Below, one piece after another: positions 39,821 to 48,117 of a stretch of 64,000 nucleotides of DNA (its first letter is position 1; every line of letters begins with the position of its first letter). The translations under genes were made by a program, and so were the position numbers. The notes beneath the pieces were generated by a model. That model searched no databases. It saw nothing but the letters and a program-made list of their open reading frames with translations, and was not told where the DNA came from. Origin of the DNA: Acutalibacteraceae bacterium (lineage in GTDB: Bacteria; Bacillota; Clostridia; Oscillospirales; Acutalibacteraceae); NCBI GenBank assembly GCA_045590395.1, contig JAZNQX010000063.1:5135-69134 (forward strand), written 5' to 3'.

Positions 39821-39989
39821 TTATATTTGCCTACGGCAAGTTATATTGCTGTGCAGTTATATTCGGCTTACGCCGAGTGATATTGTGCTCCGCACAGTTT
39901 TATGGCAAATATAATATCACTAAAACCAAAGGTTTTAATATCACTTTTGACTTGTCAAAAATATCACTCCATCGAAGATGGAATATCAC
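39821..39989. repeat. Array of 7-mers (4x T[T/G]ATATT, then 4x the complement-orientation ATATCAC) that alternate exactly with unrelated short palindromes
   Basis: Right half: ATATCAC units at 39914, 39938, 39961 and 39983, separated with no spare bases by the palindromes TAAAACCAAAGGTTTTA, TTTTGACTTGTCAAAA and TCCATCGAAGATGGA. Left half: TTATATT at 39821, 39841 and 39857, and TGATATT at 39878, separated by shorter palindromes. Confidence 0.75.
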
Positions 39990-40088
39990 TGAGAGAGAAC
40001 AGCATCATTATGCAAATCATTGAAAAATATTGATTTGAGTTATCATTGATATAAAAAAACTGGTTTTAAAAATTTTTTCAAAAAACCC

Positions 40089-40117
40089 TTGACAACTTAA
40101 AAATATGGTGCTATACT
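40089..40117 (+). promoter_or_regulatory. Putative sigma-A promoter of T-box leader 1
   Basis: TTGACA, 17 nt, TATACT. Confidence 0.65.
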
Positions 40118-40136
40118 CTTTTCATACTTAATAAAA

Positions 40137-40400
40137 GCTGTGACGAAGACGGTCAAGAGTTTGTATTTTCAGAGAGCCGGTGGTTGCTGAAAACCGGTAA
40201 TAGAAATTCTTAAAAGACCCATCCCTTCCGAGCCGGAAGTCCGAAAGGTTATCCTAGTAGACGCTTCCCGTGATTGCTGCGTAAAGGCATAGGAATTGTT
40301 TGATTCCAAGAGTGGCGGAAAATTTCCGCAATTTGAGTGGTACCGCGAGTGTATTTTCACACCCGTCTCAAAGTTTCTTTGAGATGGGTGTTATTTTTTT
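40137..40400 (+). promoter_or_regulatory. T-box riboswitch leader 1; tentative specifier AUC (Ile) at 40221-40223
   Basis: K-turn base GCTGTGACGAAG...CTTCCGAGC, an AGAGAG bulge, the distal loop CCGGTGGTTGCTGAAAACCGG, the T-box AATTTGAGTGGTACCGCG (40330-40347), and a terminator at 40360-40390 plus a U-run. Confidence 0.9.
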
Positions 40401-40423
40401 AAAAACAGAAAGGGAGTAATTTT

Positions 40424-42691
40424 ATGAAAACCAATACTGCAAAAGAGCAACTATTAGAGATAGCTCTGCGAATTAGAGAAATGCGCGAGATTATGGGCTG
40501 GTCTATTGCAGAAATGGCTTCTAAAACGGAAGTCAGCGAGGAAAAATATATTTCTTACGAAAGTGCTGAAGCTGACATACCTTTTTCATTTATTCATAAG
40601 TGTGCATTGTGCTTTGATGTAGAGCTTACCGAGCTTTTAGAGGGACACTCTGCTCGTCTTTCAACCTATACTGTAACACGAAAGGGAAAGGGTCAGGCAA
40701 CCGCTAAAGAAGACGGCATCGATATTAAAAACCTTGCCCCTAAGTTCAGAGATAAAATTGCAGAGCCTTACTGGGTAAAATATGAATATTCTGCCGCTCA
40801 GCAAAATAAACCTATACAGCTTTCTACCCACTCGGGACAGGAATTTGACCTTATAATGAGCGGTTCTCTTAAGGTTCAGGTCGGAAATCATATTGAAATT
40901 TTAAACGAGGGCGACAGCATTTATTATAACAGCTCTACTCCTCACGGTATGATAGCTGTAGGCGGAAGTGACTGTGTTTTCTGTGCTGTTGTTCTTCCCG
41001 GCGAAGAAGTAAAGGAAGAAACGGTGCGTCGCAGTATTGTTTCTGCTAAAAATTCAGAAGCACTTGTTTGCGAAAAGTTCCTACAAACTACCGAAAACGA
41101 AAACGGCGAGCTTTTAGATATCAAATTTAAAAATACCGATGAATTCAACTTTGGCTTTGACATTGTTGACGGTATTGCAGATAAATATCCTGAAAAACTT
41201 GCTATGCTTCATATAGACAGAGAAAAGAAGGAAAGACGCTTTACCTTTAAGGATATAAAGCGTGCTTCTAATCAGTGCGCTAACTACTTTACTTCTCTCG
41301 GTATCAAGAGGGGAGATAAAGTAATGCTGGTGCTCAAACGTCATTATCAGTTCTGGTTCTGTATGGTGGCTCTTCACAAAATCGGCGCTGTGGCTATTCC
41401 TGCTACTAATCAGCTTAAAGAGCATGATTTTGAATACCGTTTCAATGCGGCAGGTGTTAACACCCTTGTTTGTACTGCCGACGGTGATACTGCAGAAATT
41501 GCCGAGCGCGCCGCCGCTAATTGTAAGAGCGTTAAAAACCTTGTGCTTGTTAACGGAAAACGCGAGGGTTGGCACGATTTTGACAGCGAATATAAACTGT
41601 TTTCGGGCAAATTTGAAAGAGAAGAAAACGCTTCAGCAGGTGAAGATACCGCCCTTATGTTCTTTACTTCGGGAACTACGGGTAATCCTAAAATGGCGGC
41701 TCATAAGCATACCTACGCTTTAGGCCATTTTGTTACCGCAAAATATTGGCATTGTTGCGAAAGAGACGGTTTACACCTTACTATTTCTGATACAGGTTGG
41801 GGTAAATCACTCTGGGGTAAGCTTTACGGTCAGTGGCTTTGCGAGGGCGCCGTATTTGTATACGACTTTGACCGCTTTGATGCAGATGAGATTCTGCCTA
41901 TGTTTGCAGAGTACAACATCACAACCTTCTGCGCACCTCCTACAATGCTTCGTATGCTTGTAAAGAGTGACCTTTCAAAATATGACCTTTCCTCAATCAA
42001 TCATATGACCACTGCAGGTGAGGCGCTGAATCCTGAAGTATTCCGTCAGTTTGAAGAAGCAACGGGACTTCAGATAATGGAGGGCTTCGGTCAGACCGAA
42101 ACTACCCTTACCATTGCAAACCTTTGCGGAACTACCCCCAAGGTTGGCGCTATGGGTAAGGCTTCTCCTCAGTATGATGTTGATATTGTTGACCTTGACG
42201 GTAATCCTGTTGCCGACGGTGAAGTAGGCGAAATAGTTGTTCATACTAAGGACGGCGTTCCCTGCGGACTGTTTAAAGAGTATTATCTTGACGAAGAAAA
42301 AACAAATGATGCTTGGCACGACGGTATGTACCATACAGGTGATACCGCTTGGCGAGATGAGGACGGATATTTCTGGTATGTAAGCCGTATTGATGATGTA
42401 ATTAAGTCTTCGGGTTACCGTATCGGACCCTTTGAAATTGAAAGCGTTATTATGGAACTTCCTTATGTTCTTGAATGCGGTGTATCTGCTGCACCCGACG
42501 AAGTAAGAGGTCAGGTTGTAAAGGCAAGTATCGTACTTGTTCCCGGAACCGCTCCTACAGAAGAGCTTAAGAAAGAAATCCAAAACTATGTAAAAGAGCA
42601 TACCGCACCTTACAAATATCCGAGAATAGTTGTGTTTAAGGACGAACTTCCCAAAACTATTAGCGGAAAAATTCAGCGAAATAAACTGTAA
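40424..42691 (+). CDS. Fusion protein: N-terminal XRE-type HTH + cupin domain (about aa 1-200) joined to an AMP-forming medium/short-chain acyl-CoA synthetase (ACSM/MACS-like)
   Basis: 755 aa. HTH: LRIREMREIMGWSIAEMASKTEVSEEKYISYE. Cupin: GQEFDLIMSGSLKVQVG...GDSIYYNSSTPHGM. ANL motifs: FFTSGTTGNPKMAAH, SDTGWGK, GFGQTE, YHTGDTAWRDEDGYFWYVSRIDDVIKSSGYRIGPFEIE and SGKIQR. Confidence 0.85.
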   Translation: MKTNTAKEQLLEIALRIREMREIMGWSIAEMASKTEVSEEKYISYESAEADIPFSFIHKCALCFDVELTELLEGHSARLSTYTVTRKGKGQATAKEDGIDIKNLAPKFRDKIAEPYWVKYEYSAAQQNKPIQLSTHSGQEFDLIMSGSLKVQVGNHIEILNEGDSIYYNSSTPHGMIAVGGSDCVFCAVVLPGEEVKEETVRRSIVSAKNSEALVCEKFLQTTENENGELLDIKFKNTDEFNFGFDIVDGIADKYPEKLAMLHIDREKKERRFTFKDIKRASNQCANYFTSLGIKRGDKVMLVLKRHYQFWFCMVALHKIGAVAIPATNQLKEHDFEYRFNAAGVNTLVCTADGDTAEIAERAAANCKSVKNLVLVNGKREGWHDFDSEYKLFSGKFEREENASAGEDTALMFFTSGTTGNPKMAAHKHTYALGHFVTAKYWHCCERDGLHLTISDTGWGKSLWGKLYGQWLCEGAVFVYDFDRFDADEILPMFAEYNITTFCAPPTMLRMLVKSDLSKYDLSSINHMTTAGEALNPEVFRQFEEATGLQIMEGFGQTETTLTIANLCGTTPKVGAMGKASPQYDVDIVDLDGNPVADGEVGEIVVHTKDGVPCGLFKEYYLDEEKTNDAWHDGMYHTGDTAWRDEDGYFWYVSRIDDVIKSSGYRIGPFEIESVIMELPYVLECGVSAAPDEVRGQVVKASIVLVPGTAPTEELKKEIQNYVKEHTAPYKYPRIVVFKDELPKTISGKIQRNKL

Positions 42692-42712
42692 TGTTAATTT
42701 TATCTTTAAATA

Positions 42713-42741
42713 TTGACAATATTCCAAAGTTGTGATACAAT
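42713..42741 (+). promoter_or_regulatory. Putative sigma-A promoter of T-box leader 2 (extended -10)
   Basis: TTGACA, 17 nt, (TGa)TACAAT. The -35 lies inside the near-palindrome AATATTGACAATATT. Confidence 0.6.
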
Positions 42742-42756
42742 AAGACGGATATTAAA

Positions 42757-43019
42757 GGCTTTGACGAAGAGTGCGCTTAATTCTTCCTTGCAGAGAAACG
42801 GTGGTTGGTGAAAACCGTTAGGTTGGAATTTTGTGTTTGTAGCTTCTGAGCCGGGGAGAAGAAAGTATTTAATATCAGTAGAACTCCTCCGTGATTGCTG
42901 CGTTAATGCATAGGAATTGTTAGATTCCAAGAGTGGCGGATTTCCGCAATTTGAGTGGTACCGCGGGTGTGAATATCGGCACTCGTCTCAAAGGCATTAC
43001 TTTGGGACGGGTGTTTTTT
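42757..43019 (+). promoter_or_regulatory. T-box riboswitch leader 2; putative specifier GUA (Val) at 42839-42841
   Basis: GGCTTTGACGAAG...CTTCTGAGCC K-turn helix, AGAGAA bulge, distal loop ACGGTGGTTGGTGAAAACCGT, T-box AATTTGAGTGGTACCGCG (42948-42965), and a terminator at 42980-43013 plus a U-run. Confidence 0.9.
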
Positions 43020-43047
43020 ACGTCCTAACGGAAATGGAGATAAACTT

Positions 43048-45336
43048 ATGGAACAGATTACAGGGCTTGATTTTAAAATCAAGGAAATGGCGGGGCGTAT
43101 CAGAGAGCTTCGCGAAATCGAAGGCTTAACAACGGAACAAATGGCAGAAAAAACCGCTGTTTCGGTGGCTGAGTATATAGAATGTGAAAATGGCAACAGT
43201 GACTTAAACTTTGCCTTTATTTACCGTTGCGCACTTGCTCTTAACGTAAATGTTACCGATATTATTGAGGGTTACAGCCCTACACTTAAATCATATACCG
43301 TTACCCGTGCAGGCTCAGGCCAGAAAATTGCACAGGCTCACGGTATGACCTATTATAACCTTGCTTATGCGTTTAAAAACCGTATTGCCGAGCCTCTTTA
43401 TGTTCGCAGTATATACAGTGAAGAAGCGCAGTCAAGGGATATTGAGCTAACTACCCACGCCGGTCAGGAGCTTGATATAATTATTGAAGGTCAGCTTATG
43501 GTTCAGGTAGGCGAGCATAAGGAAATACTGGGCCCCGGGGACAGCATTTACTATGACAGTGACGTTGCCCACGGTATGATAGCAATAGGCGGTAAGGACT
43601 GTCTTTTCTACGCTATTGTTTTAAACCCCACAGGTGAGCCTATTCCCGAGCTTTTACCCGCTAAAACTATTCTTGAGCCTAAAGCGGTTAAAAAGGATAA
43701 TAAAGAAAGAGTATACCATAAATATATAGATGTTACCGAGAACGATAACGGTACACCTGTTTCTGTAAAGTTTAAAAATACCGATAAATTCAATTTCGGT
43801 TTCGATGTTGTTGATGAAATTGCTCACAAAAGCCCTGAAAAACGTGCAATGCTTCATATATCAAGGGACGGTACAGAGCGTAGCTTTACCTTTAAGGATA
43901 TTGAAAAAGCTTCTAACCAGTGCGCCAACTACTTTAAATCTCTTGGTATTAAAAAGGGCGACCGCGTTATGTTGGTGCTTAAACGCCATTATCAGTTTTG
44001 GTTCTCAATTATTGCACTTAATAAGCTGGGTGCCATAGCTATACCTGCTACAAATCAACTTGTTGAACACGATTTTGATTACCGCTTTAAATCTGCAGGT
44101 GTTAGTACAATTATCTGTACTGCAGATGGTGATACAGCATATCAGGCTGAGAAAGCTGCTGAGAATAATCCTCAGCTTGTAAACAAGCTTATAGTTAATG
44201 GAGCGCGTGAAGGTTGGAGAAGCTTTGACGAGGAATATATCCTTTACAGCACCCACTATAAGCGTACCGAGGATACCGCCTGCGGTGACGATTTAATGCT
44301 TATGTACTTTACTTCGGGTACATCGGGCTATCCCAAAATTGCCGCACACAGCTATAAGTATCCTCTCGGACACTTCCATACTGCAAAATATTGGCACTGT
44401 GTTGACCCTGACGGACTTCACTTTACAATATCTGATACAGGCTGGGCAAAGGCTACCTGGGGCAAAATTTACGGTCAGTGGCTTTGCGAGGCAGGTATAT
44501 TCGTTTATGATTTTGACCGCTTTGATGCTGCAGAAATACTGCCCATGTTTGCAAAGCACAATATAACCACCTTCTGTGCTCCTCCTACAATGCTCCGTAT
44601 GCTTATAAAGCAGGATATAGCACAATATGATTTTTCCTCTGTTAAGCATATGACAACGGCAGGTGAGGCGCTTAATCCCGAGGTTTACCGTCAGTTTGAA
44701 AAAATTACAGGGCTTCAGATTCTCGAGGGCTTCGGCCAGACCGAAAGCACTATGATTATCGGTAATATGACGGGCGCACCCCATAAAATAGGTTCTATGG
44801 GTAAACCTGCACCTATATACGATGTTCATATTGTAGATAGCGATGGCAAAGATGTTCCTGCAGGTGAAACAGGTGAAATCGTTATAAATATTGAAAACGG
44901 TCTTCCTTGCGGACTGGCTACCTGTTACTACGGTGATGAAGAAAAAACAAAAGAAACCTGGCGCGACGGTTATTACCATACAGGAGATACCGCTTGGCGT
45001 GATGAAGACGGCTTCTACTGGTATGTAGGTCGCGTTGACGATGTTATTAAGTCTTCGGGCTACAGAATTGGGCCTTTCGAAATAGAAAGTGTTATTATGG
45101 AGCTTCCCTTCGTTCTTGAGTGCGGTGTATCTGCTGCACCGGATGAAGTAAGAGGTCAGGTTGTAAAGGCAAGTATTGTACTTGTTCCCGGAACCGAGCC
45201 TTCAGAAGAACTAAAGAAACAAATCCAGAAATATGTTAAGGATAAGACTGCACCTTATAAATATCCTCGTATAGTAGTATTTAAAGATAGTCTTCCTAAA
45301 ACTACCAGCGGAAAAATTCAAAGAAATAAGTTATAA
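43048..45336 (+). CDS. Paralogous fusion protein: XRE-type HTH + cupin joined to an AMP-forming acyl-CoA synthetase (ACSM/MACS-like)
   Basis: 762 aa with the same architecture as 40424-42691. The C-terminal roughly 120 aa are nearly identical to the paralogue, while the N-terminal sensor part and the middle of the synthetase are clearly diverged. Confidence 0.85.
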   Translation: MEQITGLDFKIKEMAGRIRELREIEGLTTEQMAEKTAVSVAEYIECENGNSDLNFAFIYRCALALNVNVTDIIEGYSPTLKSYTVTRAGSGQKIAQAHGMTYYNLAYAFKNRIAEPLYVRSIYSEEAQSRDIELTTHAGQELDIIIEGQLMVQVGEHKEILGPGDSIYYDSDVAHGMIAIGGKDCLFYAIVLNPTGEPIPELLPAKTILEPKAVKKDNKERVYHKYIDVTENDNGTPVSVKFKNTDKFNFGFDVVDEIAHKSPEKRAMLHISRDGTERSFTFKDIEKASNQCANYFKSLGIKKGDRVMLVLKRHYQFWFSIIALNKLGAIAIPATNQLVEHDFDYRFKSAGVSTIICTADGDTAYQAEKAAENNPQLVNKLIVNGAREGWRSFDEEYILYSTHYKRTEDTACGDDLMLMYFTSGTSGYPKIAAHSYKYPLGHFHTAKYWHCVDPDGLHFTISDTGWAKATWGKIYGQWLCEAGIFVYDFDRFDAAEILPMFAKHNITTFCAPPTMLRMLIKQDIAQYDFSSVKHMTTAGEALNPEVYRQFEKITGLQILEGFGQTESTMIIGNMTGAPHKIGSMGKPAPIYDVHIVDSDGKDVPAGETGEIVINIENGLPCGLATCYYGDEEKTKETWRDGYYHTGDTAWRDEDGFYWYVGRVDDVIKSSGYRIGPFEIESVIMELPFVLECGVSAAPDEVRGQVVKASIVLVPGTEPSEELKKQIQKYVKDKTAPYKYPRIVVFKDSLPKTTSGKIQRNKL

Positions 45337-45360
45337 TTAAAGGAAAGGCAGGCGAGTATT

Positions 45361-46026
45361 ATGATAGGTAAAAAAAGACTTACGCTTTTTTGCGGACATT
45401 ACGGAAGCGGTAAAACAAATATAGCCGTTAATGTTGCAATTAAGCTTAAAGAGAGCTATAATAATATCGCCCTTGCTGACCTTGACATAGTAAATCCTTA
45501 TTTCAGAACAAAGGACAGCAGTGAAGAGCTTAAAAGCAAGGGTATAAGGCTTATCTGTTCTGAGTATGCAAACTCTAATGTAGATATTCCGGCTCTCCCA
45601 CAGGATGTGTACGCCATTACCGATGATAAAACACTTAAATGTGTACTTGATATCGGCGGTGATGACAGAGGAGCACTGGTTCTGGGCAGAATTTCGGATA
45701 AAATTTCAGAGGAAAATGACTTCGAAATGCTTATGGTTATAAATTCGTTTCGTCCCTTAACCAGAGATACCGAGTCTTTAATAGAGGTTTTTTCTGAAAT
45801 AGAGGCTGCGGCAAAAATTAAATTTACAGGCCTTGTTAACAATTCAAACCTTGGTGAAGAAACCACGGCAGAGGATGTTTTAAGCTCTGTCAACTATGCT
45901 AATGATATATCAAAAGCCACAGGCCTTCCTGTAGTTATGACCTGTGTAAAAGAAGACCTGTATGAGTCTTTAAAGGACAAGATACCTAATCTTTTGGGAC
46001 TTAAACTGCAGAAGAAAATTTTGTAG
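45361..46026 (+). CDS. P-loop NTPase of unknown function (SIMIBI-like; Walker A GHYGSGKT)
   Basis: 221 aa: FCGHYGSGKTNIAVNVA, DLDIVNPYFR and GGDDRG. It sits between the acyl-CoA synthetase and the oxidoreductase genes. Confidence 0.6.
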   Translation: MIGKKRLTLFCGHYGSGKTNIAVNVAIKLKESYNNIALADLDIVNPYFRTKDSSEELKSKGIRLICSEYANSNVDIPALPQDVYAITDDKTLKCVLDIGGDDRGALVLGRISDKISEENDFEMLMVINSFRPLTRDTESLIEVFSEIEAAAKIKFTGLVNNSNLGEETTAEDVLSSVNYANDISKATGLPVVMTCVKEDLYESLKDKIPNLLGLKLQKKIL

Positions 46027-46082
46027 ATTCCACAAATTAAATTTGTGCCTTCGAATATATAATTTGCTAAGGAGTGTTTATT

Positions 46083-46289
46083 TTGGCAAAATTAACATTT
46101 AAAACCGACAACTGTAAGGGTTGCGGCCTTTGCGTAGATGCCTGTCCCAAGCAGGTACTTATTCTCGCAAATGACAAAATCAACAAAAAGGGACATCACC
46201 CTGTAGAAGCGGCAAATATTGACGCTTGTATTGGCTGTGCTTTCTGTGCAACAATGTGTCCTGACTGTATCATTAAGGTAGAAAGGTAG
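46083..46289 (+). CDS. 2-oxoacid:ferredoxin oxidoreductase delta subunit (2x[4Fe-4S] ferredoxin)
   Basis: Two CxxCxxCxxxCP motifs (CKGCGLCVDACP, CIGCAFCATMCP). The TTG at 46083 lies 8 nt after AAGGAG and is preferred over the ORF-track GTG, which overlaps the RBS. Confidence 0.8.
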   Translation: MAKLTFKTDNCKGCGLCVDACPKQVLILANDKINKKGHHPVEAANIDACIGCAFCATMCPDCIIKVER

Positions 46290-47362
46290 TGAGTAAAGTG
46301 GCAGATAAAGTTTTGATGAAGGGTAACGAAGCTATTGCCGAAGCCGCTATTGTTGCAGGCTGTCGTCATTACTTCGGTTATCCTATAACTCCCCAGACAG
46401 AAATTGCCGCTTATATGGCAAAACGTATGCCCAAAATCGGCGGAACCTTCCTTCAGGCTGAAAGTGAAATCGCCGCTATCAATATGGTATACGGCGTTGC
46501 TTCTACCGGTAAGCGTGTTATGACCTCTTCTTCAAGCCCCGGAGTTTCCCTTAAGGGTGAAGGCCTTTCTTATATTGCAGGTGCTGACCTTCCGTCCCTT
46601 ATAGTAAACGTTCAGCGCGGTGGCCCCGGCCTTGGCGGTATTCAGCCCTCTCAGTCTGACTATTTTCAGGCTACAAAGGCAGGCGGACACGGCGACTTTA
46701 AAATGATAGTTCTTGCCCCCGCCTCTGTTCAGGAAATGGCTGACCTTACTGTTAAGGGCTTTGAACTCGCTGACAAATACCGTATGACATCTATGATTCT
46801 TGCCGACGGTACTATGGGACAGATGATGGAGCCTGTTTCTCTCGATTTTGAGGTATCAGAGAAAATAGATAAGCCCTGGGCTACCACAGGAACCAAAATG
46901 GAGCGCGAGCATAATATTGTTAACTCTCTTTTCCTTGTTCCCGAAGAACTTGAAAAATCAAACTTTGAGCGTTTTGAACGCTATAAGTACATAGAGGAAA
47001 ACGAAACCATGTGGGAAGAGTATCTTATGGACGATGCAGAAATTTGTATTGCCGCATTCGGTATTGCCGCCCGTGTTTCTAAAAACGCTATAAATGAGGC
47101 AAGAAAGCAGGGTATTAAGGTTGGTCTTATCCGTCCTATTACTCTCTGGCCTTTCCCCACAAAAGCATTTAAAGAGGCTGCCGAAAAGGTAAGCAGTATT
47201 ATATCTGTTGAGCTTTCTATGGGACAGATGATAGAGGACGTTCGTCTTGCAAGTGAGAGCAAGGTTCCCGTAACCCTTTGCAACCGTGCAGGCGGTATGA
47301 TTCCTTCTCCCGAACAAGTACTCGACGCAATTAAAGAAGCAGCAAAAGGAGGCGCAAAATAA
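46289..47362 (+). CDS. 2-oxoacid:ferredoxin oxidoreductase alpha subunit (VorB/KorA type)
   Basis: 357 aa: LMKGNEAIAEAAIVAGCRHYFGYPITPQTEI is typical of the OFOR alpha N-terminus. Confidence 0.88.
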   Translation: MSKVADKVLMKGNEAIAEAAIVAGCRHYFGYPITPQTEIAAYMAKRMPKIGGTFLQAESEIAAINMVYGVASTGKRVMTSSSSPGVSLKGEGLSYIAGADLPSLIVNVQRGGPGLGGIQPSQSDYFQATKAGGHGDFKMIVLAPASVQEMADLTVKGFELADKYRMTSMILADGTMGQMMEPVSLDFEVSEKIDKPWATTGTKMEREHNIVNSLFLVPEELEKSNFERFERYKYIEENETMWEEYLMDDAEICIAAFGIAARVSKNAINEARKQGIKVGLIRPITLWPFPTKAFKEAAEKVSSIISVELSMGQMIEDVRLASESKVPVTLCNRAGGMIPSPEQVLDAIKEAAKGGAK

Positions 47363-48117
47363 TGGTAGTTTTTGATAAACCGCATGCACTTACCGATGTG
47401 CCTATGCATTATTGCCCCGGCTGTACTCACGGTATTGTTCACCGTCTTGTTGCTGAGGTTATTGACGAACTCGGTATTGAGGGCAAAACCATTGGTATAG
47501 CCCCTGTTGGCTGTTCCGTTATGGCGTATAATTATTTCGGTTGTGATATGATAGAGGCCGCTCATGGACGCGCACCTGCCGTTGCTACAGGTGTTAAGCG
47601 CGCTGACCCTGAAAATCATATAGTATTTACCTATCAGGGTGACGGTGACCTTGCTTCTATCGGTATGGCAGAAACCGTACACAGTGCCGCAAGAAATGAA
47701 AACATAACCGTTATATTCATTAACAATGCTATATACGGTATGACAGGCGGACAGATGGCTCCGACCTCTCTTCCCGGTCAGGTAACACAGACCTCACCCT
47801 ACGGCAGAGATGTAAACCATTGCGGCTATCCCGTTAAGGTTTGTGAAATGCTCTCAAAGCTTGACGGCCCTGAGTATCTCGAAAGAGTCACAGTTAACAA
47901 TGTTAAAAATGTAAAGAACGCTAAGAAGGCAATTAAAAAGGCTTTCCAGAATCAGATAGACGGTAAGGGATTTTCTCTTGTTGAGGTTGTGTCAAGTTGT
48001 CCTACCAACTGGGGTATGACACCAAAACAGGCACTTGAGTGGATTGACGAGAAAATGATTCCTTATTATCCGCTTGGCGTTTATAAAGACAGAAGCGCAG
48101 AAAAGGGGGAAGAATAA
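47362..48117 (+). CDS. 2-oxoacid:ferredoxin oxidoreductase beta subunit (TPP-binding)
   Basis: YCPGCTHG and the TPP motif GDGD...NNAIYGMTGGQ. Confidence 0.88.
   Translation: MVVFDKPHALTDVPMHYCPGCTHGIVHRLVAEVIDELGIEGKTIGIAPVGCSVMAYNYFGCDMIEAAHGRAPAVATGVKRADPENHIVFTYQGDGDLASIGMAETVHSAARNENITVIFINNAIYGMTGGQMAPTSLPGQVTQTSPYGRDVNHCGYPVKVCEMLSKLDGPEYLERVTVNNVKNVKNAKKAIKKAFQNQIDGKGFSLVEVVSSCPTNWGMTPKQALEWIDEKMIPYYPLGVYKDRSAEKGEE

Noticed and set aside
39821-39989. Possible CRISPR array
   Set aside because: The conserved units are only 7 nt, the variable parts are 9-17-nt palindromes, and the units switch orientation mid-array. No cas genes are present. The geometry is the opposite of CRISPR geometry.
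39517-40023. ORF-track ORFs 39517-39783(-) and 39706-40023(+)
   Set aside because: They run through tRNA-Lys, three terminator hairpins and the 7-mer/palindrome array. They are not credible coding sequence.
39878-40050. The idea that the TGATATT/ATATCAC units are operators for the HTH-cupin proteins, because similar strings occur at the three T-box promoters (GTGATATAAT, GTGATACAAT, AATATTGACAATATT)
   Set aside because: The promoter matches are explained by extended -10 (TGnTATAAT) and -35 consensus sequences. The similarity is too short and AT-rich to support a regulatory link without experiments. It is kept only as one hypothesis in the array finding.
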